A stretch of 64,000 bases of DNA, taken from the NCBI RefSeq assembly GCF_006345805.1, contig NW_021832533.1:124001-188000 (forward strand), in the 5' to 3' direction. Source of the stretch: Octopus sinensis. Taxonomy: Eukaryota. The translations under genes and the position numbers were made by a program. Below, piece by piece: positions 35,866 to 47,415 of this stretch. Within the stretch, counting starts at the first letter, position 1, and every line of letters begins with the position of its first letter. The notes under the pieces are model-generated. The model did not search any database. It had not been told where the DNA came from and saw nothing but the letters and a program-made list of their open reading frames with translations.

Positions 35866-36239
35866 TTAATATGAGTAATGAACGTTATTGATATGATTTT
35901 GTAACTGTTCATTGTTAAGGAATCGAAGTCCACATGAATTCCAATTACATACGAATTTCCGGTCGTCTTTGTGCCAACGCAAGTGAGATTTCAAATGTCC
36001 CGGTTTTTTGTATATTTTATCACATCCTTTAATGTGACAGTTGTGCTCTTCGTTCTGTCCATCGTCCATTCCATACTGTCTCAGTTGTTGGCAGTTTGGA
36101 CAATTGCAGCAGTTCTTCGTTTTTGGAGTTCTACCTGATTGATTGCTACTTTCTAAATTACATATTTTTCCCAAGCTTTCATACCAATAGATATGCGACT
36201 GCTATTTCTACTTATTTCTGTGTGGTCAATATTGTTCAT
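35866..36239 (-). CDS. Sp/buttonhead-like zinc-finger protein with only two fingers
   Basis: Btd box CNCPNC; ZF1 HNCHIKGCDKIYKKPGHLKSHLRWH; ZF2 FVCNWNSCGLRF..QLQNHINNVH, then stop. ATG 36239 and one 32-nt intron. Confidence 0.82.
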
Positions 36240-36963
36240 AATTAATACAAATTGCATATAACGACGAACAATATATATTTATATCACGTTTATTAACCGG
36301 GAAGTAGCATATTCTATCTACTGTCCACAATTGGGAATGAAGGATATGGACAATTAAAAATATAAGAATTTGTCAATTGAGGAATTTGTCAATTATATTT
36401 TCTTTATTTTTGACCAAAGGCATCAATTAACAAATTATTATAACAGTGGGATATTCTACTTAAAATATTCAAAATTAAACTCATTTCTCTTCATTTTGGT
36501 ATGGAGTGAGGCATTCTACAAAAAGTCTTTGCATTTAAAAACAAACATTAATTTGAATTCAGGAATATTCAATGTACGATTATTTCTGGAGCTCAAATAT
36601 AAATTTAACAATATTTAATCAGAATAACACATTTTATGCCTAATTTACGACTATTCGGTAACAAGAAATTAATAATATTCAGTTTCTGATTTACCCCTTT
36701 TTCTATCACTTTAAAAATCAGTCAATCGTCAGCTAATCATTTTTCCTGTAGAAATTTCATCACAGACCTGTTTAGTCTGGACATATCTACCAAATATCAA
36801 ACATTCCACTGTTCTTAATATATATTCTATTTCTAGTTGGTTTGTAAAGTTCATATTAGCTATTAATTGCTGTAAGACTACAGTACTATCAACAATCAAT
36901 TAAAATAACTCTTAATCCTCAAATAATACACAATTCCTGTCTTGTTAGACTAAATTTATAAAT

Positions 36964-37670
36964 TTATTTAAGCAGATTTTTGGCCTCAGCGTCAGCATTC
37001 TGAATCCTCAGATCAGTTTGTTGTGTCTACAATAAATTTCCAAAATACAATTTGATTAATTCTGTCAATCTGTCTGTTCTGTGACGTGACAGTGGCATCC
37101 ATGTCCAATGCCATCGACTTTAAGTTCCCCACAATGCTCAACACATCCGTCATGTTCTTTTCCATTTCCTCCTCCCTGACATCCCCCGTGATCCTTCACT
37201 CACTCCACTCCCCTAACCTTGATATGACACCACTCCTATCCTCCACCACACAGGTCCTCGCTTTCTCGGGCACACTGGGGGTGGTCTCCTTCTTTATTTG
37301 GTGGGTTTTCTTTTTGGTTTTGTCCTTTTTCCATGGGGGGACAAACAGACCGAACCATTTCTTCATTTGGTGGAGATTTTTCTCCGTCTCGTCCAAATCT
37401 TGGTTGACTGAGTCGAACTTGTTTTCCATTTGGTTGAGTTTGTCTTCAAATGAGTTATTGGAGGGCAACCTTGTTGTTGTGCCAGGTTGCTGAGGGCATT
37501 ACTTCCCTTATTCTGTGCCTATTTAAACTTAGCTCGTTCTGCGATATTACCAGCATTGAAGTGGCCAGCATTCTCTGAGTGCTCGCTAATGACTGATATT
37601 AACTAAATTTATCTCAAACCTGATCAGTTATGTCATTTATTTGCTTGTCAATGTCGGAAGTTGAATTCAT
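36964..37670 (-). CDS. SNAP25: SNAP-25-family Qbc SNARE, 6 exons
   Basis: ITDQ|SLASTQRML...DKLNQMENKFDSVNQDLDETEKNL and RITGDVREEEMEKNM...GNLKSMALDM...QNRQIDRIN. Introns of 27, 32, 26, 24 and 22 nt restore the frame. Confidence 0.9.
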
Positions 37671-38663
37671 GATTAAAGACACCACAACGACGTTTTTGGT
37701 TTTTATTATTCTATTTTCTCAATACTATTTTTTTACGAAATAATTTTTAATAAAATTATGCATAAGCATATGCAAATTTAATTCATGAATTGTCAAAACA
37801 GACCTCGAATGTTCTTCCAAGTTCAAACACAAACAAGTCTTCTTTTTTTGTTTGAGTGGCAGATCAAAGGTTTCAAAATAACTTTAAAAGAGTTCCTTTA
37901 AGATTTTTGAGTTCAAAGACCGTCCCAATTATTTCTCAGGGTATTCCTGACAAACAGATTTGCAGAGTTTTATGAAAAAAGTTGTGAAAACCAGTTTAAA
38001 ATGCTTAAAAAATCAAGGAAAGGGACCAACCTTAAATATGACAGAGTAAAACCGACTGAATACTCACACGAGCAATCCACGTATAATTCCATACTGGGAA
38101 AAGAAAATAGACAATATTTGGAAAAGACTGGGTTTTATAGCTCTGTCTAGTAATACAACCCCATACTGTTTATACTAATGTTATGTCTCTTTCCGACCTT
38201 CTTTTTCTACTTATGTCCCTTTTTCAGAGATTCTGGAGTAGTAGGCTCCCAGATATTCTCAAGTAATAAGTTTTGTTGTGGTTATTCCTCAATGAAATAT
38301 GTTCTATTATGATATCATATCACTTGCATGTAATAAGAATAATTTCCTTGTCAACATTCATGTCATATCAGTGATATACAAGTCACTCTCATTATTTTTA
38401 AGACCAGAATATTTCCTATTGGAGATTAGAATGCAATAATCTGGCGAGCAAAAATTGGAAAAGCACTTTGGAAATCACATGGATTATATACTAGTCTAAA
38501 AAGACCCCTAAATAGACTACAAGCTTATGTCCTATTTGCTAATTAATATTTAAAACATATAATTAAGACACTTTTGTGGTCGGATATTAACATAGTGGAT
38601 TAGAAATGGACAAATTCAAACTTTAGTTAGTAGTGATCCCCCACTAAGTGACACTTCAGTAGA

Positions 38664-39023
38664 TTAGAAATGTCCGCGTGGATTCAAACTTGTTGTTTTG
38701 GGGTATGAACGTATATGTGTTAGATTTCGGTAAATGTTGGTAGTTTTTAGATTCTCGATCTTATTGCAAGTCAGAGAGTCTCTTTCGACTGTGATATTGA
38801 AATCTTTTTTACAGTTTGATATTATTTTGACTACATATTTATGAGACTTTTTTGTTATGTTTTTGTCGTGGATTTTGATGATTCGATCATTTACTTGTAG
38901 ACCACATTTTTTCGCTAACGAATTGGGGACAATCCCGGATATTATATGTAATCCAGGGGTCGAGTCAATGTAGAATCCGTACACATACTTGGGATATCTC
39001 AGCTTAACTTTACAATCAATCAT
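38664..39023 (-). CDS. Small single-PDZ-domain protein
   Basis: YGFYI...IISGIVPNSLAKKCGLQVNDRIIKIHDKNITKKSHKYVVKII is a PDZ signature. Start taken at ATG 39023, uncertain. Confidence 0.75.
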   Translation of the reverse strand: MIDCKVKLRYPKYVYGFYIDSTPGLHIISGIVPNSLAKKCGLQVNDRIIKIHDKNITKKSHKYVVKIISNCKKDFNITVERDSLTCNKIENLKTTNIYRNLTHIRSYPKTTSLNPRGHF

Positions 39024-39145
39024 ATATAGGTCAGCCACTCTATTATAACATTTTGTATTAAATTTCAAATTAAAAATAATTAACAGAGTAAGAGAAGTCC
39101 ATTTATTTTGCAATGAAACAGATAGTTTAGAGAACCAATGAGAAA

Positions 39146-42122
39146 ATGGAATTTCAAAGCTGCCAATACATCAAAATTGACACATTGATGATAAAAGTGT
39201 CGATCACTCCTTTAATTACCGATAGATCGGCCAGTCCAATGCTGAAGAGCAGTAGTGTATCCAAACTGGTATCCACGGGAAGGGCAGGGACCACGGAATT
39301 GTCCAAGAACGAAGTCAGGGAGTTGGAGAAGTCACTCGAATATGAACGGACATGGCGAATTCAGGTTTATTTGTACAGTCACCCAACAGAACGACAAATT
39401 ATTGGCCGAATGTCAACTCCAAGTGTCCAATCTGACTGGAGAAATGAAGGACATGGAGGAGTCCTTGAATATGCGGGTACATTTCTTCAATTACATAAGG
39501 ACAAACAAATCTCTGCCAAAGACGCCGAGATTATCAAATTGAAAAGACAAATCGAGGACAGTGTTGAGTCGCGGGAAGAATTTGAACAAAATTGTCGACG
39601 GAACAACCGAGATTTGATCAGTTCTCTTCAAAATGAATTCGATTCAGTGAACAGGTCGAGAATCAAGTTTGCGAGTGCTTAACACAAACAAGACTGGCCA
39701 AGGAAAAGAGCGCGGTTCTCACCGACTTGAAAGAAGCCAACCAAGACCTCGACCTGACCGTCCACTCCAAAGTACCCTTTTGACGTCACTGGCAGACAAA
39801 ATTGGAGACAAAGGTCGAGGAGTTGACGGTTGAGATCAAAAGACTCAAAAAAGAAAATTCTCAGATTGTCCACGACTCACAAGTCATCCAAAATGACAAG
39901 TCGTGCTTACAGAAGGAGAACTCTAATTTGGTTAAAAAAGTGGGGGAGGTCGAGTCAAGGCTCGCCCAGTCCACTCACCAGAGACTCAAATTGGAAAAAT
40001 CATCGCAGGAATTGACCAAAAAATACGAAAAACAGACAAATGTAATACAACCATCATGTTTTGTGCAGAAATTGGATTATTTGTCGAACGTAAATTCAGA
40101 TCTGATGGCCGAATTAACTCACCTTAAGGACACACTCCAAAACGTGGAAAAAGACGATTTAAATTCTAAAAATTTGTTGGTCAAAGTCACCAACGAACTG
40201 GAAAACCTGCGAATAAAAAATCGTCAGGAAATGGACAGCCTGGAAGTAGAAATGGAGACACTCAAGTTATGCGACTTATAACCCTCGAAGGAAGAAGAAT
40301 CTAAGCCTCCTGAGTGAATGTGAGGACTGCAAGGAAACCATCAAGTCCAAACTAGTCAAAGTCGAGCGAGAGAAAGCACAGCTTTTGCACGAGTTTTCTG
40401 AGTTGACCAAAGACTTTGACAATGTCAGGTTTTGTCGAATAATCACTCTCAGTTCAGCCCACTCGTCCTTGCAGAAACAACTCCGTGAGTTGTCTGTCCG
40501 TGAGGAGGAGAGGACCGCCCGTGTCTCTGAGTTGCAAGAAGAACTCAACCTCGCCAAGAACTCGGCAGCAACTCTGACTTACAGTCTAAAACAGTGCGAG
40601 TCTCGAGTCGAATGTGTGGAAAAAGAGAACCGAGGATTAACCAGTCAAGCAATATCACTGACAGGTCTTAATTGGGGATATTCCTAGAGAATATAACCAG
40701 TCTTGACCAGGCCCTCAAAATGATGGAACAAACCAGTTCTGAGCTCAAGGGGACCTGTCATGTCCTTCAAATGGACAAAAAGGCGCTCTCAGAACAGCTC
40801 AGAGAATCGGACAAGGCCAGGAAGGAGGCCGAGAGTGATCTCAGTCACGTCAAAGGAGAGGCGGAGACAACAAAAGACTTGCTTAGACGAAGTCTGGCAG
40901 AGAAAGAAAGTGAAATTGAATATTTGAGGTTTATCGCAAATTGAAAGGGCAGGTCGAATGTGATCAAAATGGAGGACGACTGTGAGAGGCAGATTATGGA
41001 ATGCATGTCACAACACAAGGCCGAGACTTCTCGTATCAGAAAACAACACTCCGAGGACATGTTCGAGTTGGAGGAGAGGAACGAACTCCTAATCAAACAG
41101 CGTGTGGAGGCTGAGGACAGGATTCGATGTCTCAAATGTAAAGTCAGGGTATATCACTGTCGAGACTATCTCTAAGCAAGTGGAGCAGTTCCTTCAGGAG
41201 GAGTCTCTAAAGTGTACCGAACTGTCCTCGCAAGTGACTTCCCTGAAGACTAGAAGTGCCAGTCTGAAGGGGGAATGTGAGGACTATCAACTGAGGATAA
41301 CCCACGTGAGCACAACGTCAACTATTCTTGTAGTCTGACCGACTTGTGAATAAGTTGAGGGCCGAAAATGAAGAACTGACCAATTCCGTGGAATGTGCAG
41401 AGATTCGATTGACAAAACAGACTGAATGGAATGCAGCATTAGAAACGGAGAGTCTGCGATTGAAAGAACAGGCGGAAGTGATGGAGAACACTCTAAAGTG
41501 ACGTATTATACCACATTTGTCAGTCAAACACGAAACAAAGAAAAGGAGATTCACAACCAACTATTCCAAACACAGCAACAACTTAAACTAGTCGAGTGTC
41601 GTTGCGAGGAATTGGAAATGTCAGTCCAGCAGTACGACTGTGCTAAAAAAGAGGACGAAGCGGCCTTTTTTGAGTTGAGGGAACATTTTTCCCGAGATCT
41701 GTGCTCAGCCAAGGAGGACCACGCCTCCCAAGTGATGTGTGTCACCAACGTAGGTCAACATGCTCAAACGTGAGTTGGAAAATACTCGAATCAAATCAGT
41801 CGAGAATTCTCAGCAACTCAAAAAAATGGAACGTTTATTCAAGGAGGGCAACAGAGAGATATCGCAGTTGCATCAAATCGTGCATTCCTTGGAGAAGGAC
41901 AACAACTCACTGACCTCAAGACTGAGAGAATGCAAGAAGAGACTCGAAGACACGGTTTGTGAGCAATGGGCATGTTTGTAGGAGCAAGTAAACGCGTCGA
42001 TAATGTACAAAAACAAACGATTGCAGGACGAATTGGAGGACTCGGAGGAACAGGTGGAAGGCATCAGAAGAACTAAACTGAGGTCTCTGAGCATGTTGAG
42101 GAATTGGAATAAAAGAATATAA
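39146..42122 (+). CDS. Long coiled-coil protein, many micro-introns, family unassigned
   Basis: Consecutive E/K/L/Q-rich heptad ORF segments whose frames are joined by 23-29 nt GT-AG introns (e.g. 39772-39795, 40929-40952). Confidence 0.75.
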
Positions 42123-42479
42123 TTGTAAAAAGTTATCTAATAATTAACCATTGACAATTATTAACAATAAATTGGTTTATTTAGACAAGTTCTCTATGCC
42201 TAATTTCTCTCTCACAAAACAAAATTTGTTATTAACTAATGGTTAGGGCAACATTTTTATTGACTTAAAAAATAAAAATTGTCCTTAAAAAGTCAATTTA
42301 ACCGACTGTGAAATTTTAAAAATTTACTGAAAAATTTACCTAAGAAATATTATTTACAACTTTATTTTCATATATGAACTACTCTAAAGAAAATTTTATA
42401 CATCGTTTATCAAGTTATTAACAATCAAGTAATATTTTACATTTTCCGATTTAAAATTTCTATCCTTTGTTAAGAATCG

Positions 42480-42870
42480 AAAATGATCGTTCCACTGCGT
42501 TCGATGTAGCCTGACATTCTATCGATAAGGACTTTCGATTTGGGTCACCTTCATGTGGCGAAAGTTGGACGTTATGTTTCTCACTCCGACTAAAAGACCC
42601 TCAATACTCTCCCCATTGGATCACTTGGATCTTCTGGCTGTCCTCGAAGTGGCGTTCAGCCTCTTCCGTGAGTCACTTGCCCCCTCCGGTGATATTGAAC
42701 CCAATCCAGGACCGTCGAACTGCCTCACCATTCTACAAATAAATATTAATGAGATCTCCCGAAACAAGATGAGATAATGGAATTCTTATCCTCTTATGAT
42801 GTGGACATCGCCTTAATACAGGAAACCCGCCTGACATCGACATTCCTACCCCTCGATTCAAGGGTTTTTT
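42480..42870 (+). mobile_element. LINE fragment: 2A-like motif followed by start of APE endonuclease
   Basis: SGDIEPNPGP (42685-42714), then LTILQININ and DVDIALIQETRL; frame broken. Confidence 0.8.
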
Positions 42871-42939
42871 AAATCAATAAGGAATAATCCGAAGGTGAAA
42901 TGATCATCAAAATTCATTATTTTTGTGATATCATTAGAA

Positions 42940-43600
42940 TTCATCCTTTTTTAATATAATTTTTTATTCCACATACGTCTTCTTTAAAATCCAATTTCTT
43001 CAAATAATTGTTTGCTTTATTTATAGTAAAATTGGTTGATTCTATATAGTCAAGCAAATGTAATAAAGGTGAATACCTAAATATTATCTTCGTTAGATTT
43101 CCATAAAATTGTTCATTGAATAAACATTCTTTCAATCTTTTAATAAGCAAAGAATCTCATTTTAAGGAAGTGCATACTTGAATAACATTTGGCAGGTTTG
43201 AAACATAGAGGAAACAGCTTTAAGCCATCTCCCCACCTCATAACTATTGGTTCTGGTAGGTACTCAATTTCTTTAAACAGTTGTCTTTAATAATTGTTAT
43301 AACAAGTTCTTTGATACAAGCAATAAATTTGTCGACTTCTGGATAGTGTACTTTTATTTTAAGTGCATAATTGTGCACTAAATGAGTAAAACATGTGATA
43401 TGGTATAGATTAGAATATAATAATTTGGAGGAACAATATTCAATTGTCTTGTATTTGTGCACATAATTGTTTGTGAAGAATGCTTCCCTGTGTTTTTTCA
43501 CAAAAAATAGTTTTTTGCAAGTTACGGGTGACTCATATAATTTACAAAAAGCATTCCATTCGGTGTAATTGAAAATTCTTTGGGATATTTTTCACAAATA
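42940..43600 (-). mobile_element. hAT-like transposase remnant
   Basis: HITCFTHLVHN (CxxH motif) and a following RWGRWL-type motif. Confidence 0.6.
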
Positions 43601-43629
43601 TTTTTAGTGTTGCAATTTACTTATTAAAC

Positions 43630-44100
43630 ATCCTTCCTTGATGATCTTTCCACGAGCCCACACAAGATCGCACCGAATGGCTGGCCTCATTTGTCGGGGC
43701 ATTTGCAAACAGACTGAGGTTCAGCTTAATCAGGTCTTCCATAGGAACCGGATATCGTGTGACCAACGTTCGGTTAATCTGTGGGTCCTTTGTTGAACTT
43801 ATTCGATTCGCCTCCTGTTGGACCACGATAACCGCGGACCCCATGAACCGCAGGCGTAGGAAATGGACGATTCAAAGTATTGACAATAAATATTCGTCAG
43901 TACCGGGTGTGACCCGTTTTTCCATAAGCCGGATAGAGTTCTGAGAATGTTCAATTTTTTCACATTTGCAAAGGAGGTTGTCTACGTGTGGGGAGAAGCA
44001 GAGGTGCATGTCGAAGGTTACTCCTAAAACCGTCTGAAGATTTGAACAAATAGACTGACAATAAGACAGAAATGTCACGCCGATTATTTTAAATTTATTT
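43630..44100 (-). mobile_element. LINE 3' fragment
   Basis: VLGVTFDMHLCFSPHVDNL RT thumb motif; degenerate. Confidence 0.6.
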
Positions 44101-44399
44101 TGATGCTTAAAATTGTGATACAATTATATTATTTAAATTTGCATTTAATAATTGAATTGACCGAACAAACTTTTTATAGAAAACATTTTTAGACATTTCT
44201 TAATTAATCATTATTTTTAGACTAAATTCTAACTCTAAATTGACATTGACTTTATTGACTTATGTTGCCCTCGAATTAATGAATTTTATTAATAAATCAA
44301 TTAATGTCACTTTTTATTGAGAAATGCTTTTCTTTGTTCACCAAGAGAGCGATTCTCGTATTTAGAAAAGTCATAATTTGCCAGTATTTGTGAGACACC

Positions 44400-46260
44400 C
44401 TCCAATGACAGTCCATTCTGAGCGAATTCGTTAATCGACTAATTAAATGCAATCACACATTAACCAATTCACTGATTATTCTTTTTGCTTGCTCATCCCA
44501 CTTCCATTCGGCCAAATCGAGTTTATGGACTCCACATTTTGTACCACGTCGGGGACTTTTTCCACGTTTCTTAATTTTTGAGGTCATTTTATGTTGTGGT
44601 GGGTCATAAAGAGGGCAGTCAATATTGGACTGTTTGTGCACAAAAGTTGAGAAATACTCGACAAGATGGGCAGAAAATGACTTTTTAAAACGTGTAAAAT
44701 TAAGTTGTGATATGTTGGCCATAATCTAGCATATTATCACTCACTCACATTGGCTATTCGATGAGCCTCCAACACCCTCCTGTCCCTCTCCAAATCTCTG
44801 ACCCTCGCAAGCGTCGTCCTCGCAAATGTTTGGACCAAATCGTCCTTACATTGAGTGGAATAAGCAATGTTAGTAAACTGGAATACAGCAAATGATCTCA
44901 CTCTCCACCAAAAAGAGTCATCTGACAATTAGGACACAGGATACTCTCAATATTCCCCAGATCGGCTGTCAATAATCCGAATATGCCACAATCCTCAGAC
45001 TCTCCGTAGAAGGCACATTTCCGAATAGCAATTTGGGAGGTCTCAAAGAAGATTTGAACAAGAAGACTCACGTAGAAGTACAACATTTCACAATTCCAAT
45101 TCTTCATTACTCAATTACTACAACAACCAAGCGAGATGACTCATCTCCAGTCCCCCTACCACTAACACTCTGCAGTCCCAGTTTGGCACATGTCTGCAAT
45201 AGTTGGAGAGCCGCCAGACTTCTCTTGGCTGACTGGGCCAGGACAGTCATGGTGGTCACGGAATATAGCCTAGTCAGTCCACACAGACAGTCCACCATGT
45301 TGAAGATTCATTTGAGGATTCCACAAGAGGACATGTGTCGAGGAATTTGGTTAGTTCATTCAAATCAGTGGACGGACTGACAATCCGCCAGACCTCGACT
45401 GTGTGGTAGAGAAGGGGACTCCTATCGTGGAAGGTGCCTTCAGTCTCTGTACGGAGAAGGACTCGCAGGATGTCCTCAACCAGGACGAGTTTGGCATGGA
45501 GGACTGGCCAGTCTTTGTACAAGTGGACCAGACATTGGAAATCCACGAATGAGGAGTATTGGCCTACCTTCGTAGTACAGGAGGAGTCGCCCTGCAAAGT
45601 CGGGGGAAGTCAATTCATGGGCGAGGAAATGGCAGTACAGTCTGAAGAATACAATTTCTAACATCTCAGATTGAGGGACTCTCATTACTGTGATTAGTTT
45701 TATTTCTGAGGAAGTGAGGACACAAGACTGAGAGGAAATGAGTCTGTGAAGACAGCAAATCCCAAAATAGAACAAGGCGGGGACCAGTTTGGAGTGGAAG
45801 GGGGAGGATTGGAAGGATTGGAGTGCACAGTCATAACAGTCTGAGCACATAACTACAAACACAAACAGTCCCTGATTGTGGGAGAACAGTCCATGAGAAT
45901 AGTCAATTCTATCCATCCCAAAGCCACTTGTTTTATCACGTGTGGACGAGTGGAGTCCAGTCCAAGTCTCCTTTTTGTTCTATTGAGCATTATATATGCT
46001 TTTTGGCAGTATTCGTTCTCGTTCTTTGCCTTTTTGTAACTCTCTACAAACTCGTTGGTGACAGTCCAAGGATATCTCAGGGTTATTGGGCAGTCATACT
46101 CGGATGCTTCAAACTCATTACGGAGGGAGACAAGGGTATTGAAGTACTCTTTTAACCTTGCCTGGAATTGTTGTTTAGCATTGCTCGAAAGTATCCCAAA
46201 CTTAACTTCTGAGACCACATTGATTATCGTCATTACCCTAACTACAGCAATTTATTAGCA
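44400..46260 (-). CDS. Unassigned multi-exon protein (helical, possibly HEAT-like)
   Basis: Chain of GC-richer minus-strand ORFs (45853-46233, 45476-45916, 45274-45597, 45107-45298, 44898-45107, 44737-44928, 44453-44722) with frame switches at short GT-AG segments. No motif recognised. Confidence 0.6.
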
Positions 46261-46665
46261 TTATCCCGATTACATTAAACTAACAGCTACTAAGAATATA
46301 TAAATGGATTTTGAACACTATTTGTTAGGCTAGGATAGGTGATTTAATGAAATGTATTTTGCATGGTTTATCTGATTGTTGCCAAAAAGATGATGGAATA
46401 TGCAAAGCAGCGACGAATCGCCTTTAATGTATGCTATGTGGCATGGACAAATCTGTACTGCAGCTTCCACAGCCATTAATAGCAAATTCATAAAGAAACT
46501 AAAGACGCACAACATAACAGATATGCACATGCTATTGTCAAATATTATATTTAAAATAAGGTTAACCAATCATTAATACTTCTTATTAATAAATATAAAT
46601 AAAAAATAAAATGTATTTTTCGTATTACATTAACTAAAGAAATTGCCCTTTAAATGATGGCTAAC

Positions 46666-47348
46666 CAATGGCGGTGAGGAGTTGAGTCGCAGCCTTTCCG
46701 ACGATTCCAGAGGTTTCGAAGGCGAGGGGGGCAAACTCAAAAGCGTCCGAAATACACCGGTATTTCGTCATCTTTGTCTCTTCAGCCAGCGCACTGGCGG
46801 AACCCGGGTTTGCGACAGTCCTGGGAAGCATTGTCGTCGAAAAAGAGTCGACACACGTGGCATCCCAAACCAGGGACTTGCCTTCCCTAAAAGGAAAGGT
46901 CGTCATCCCGTCGGGACGCTTGCCGTCGCTCCGGGAAAGGCCGACTGGCTCTAGGGTGGAAGGGAAACCAGCCGACTCTAGAGCCCTCCTCACAACGTCA
47001 TTCAGATGAGTGTGACGGGGAATTCTCCCGGCACTCTTCTTACACGACAAGGCGTGCAAGCCGTTTGACGAAATTGAGGACCCGCACCGGCAAGGGTGGG
47101 GCTGGCAGATGTCCAAACCCAATCGTAAGCTGATCCCAATCCGCAAGGATTCGTCGTCCAGTAGTAAAATCTCCACAAAAACAAACGACCGGAGGGAGAC
47201 GAGCTGGCTGTTCCAGCGAATCTCGGTCGCTGTGCTCCGCGGAAACTGCCACTCAATACGCAGCGCGCATCGTTGAGCTGACCCTCAGGCTCTCGACAAT
47301 CCCCTTAGCCACCCAATTGCTTACTTTTTTCTTTTTTCTTTCTTATTG
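46666..47348 (+). mobile_element. CRE insertion with 5' inversion, 13-bp TSD
   Basis: 46666-47164 is RLE coding sequence on the minus strand; 47161-47348 is its direct continuation and 3' UTR on the plus strand. aatgatggctaac at 46653-46665 and 47349-47361. Confidence 0.9.
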
Positions 47349-47415
47349 AATGATGGCTAACACCCTTTAACCATTTACTGCTTATCAGGATTTAAATCAC
47401 AAATAAAATACTTAA

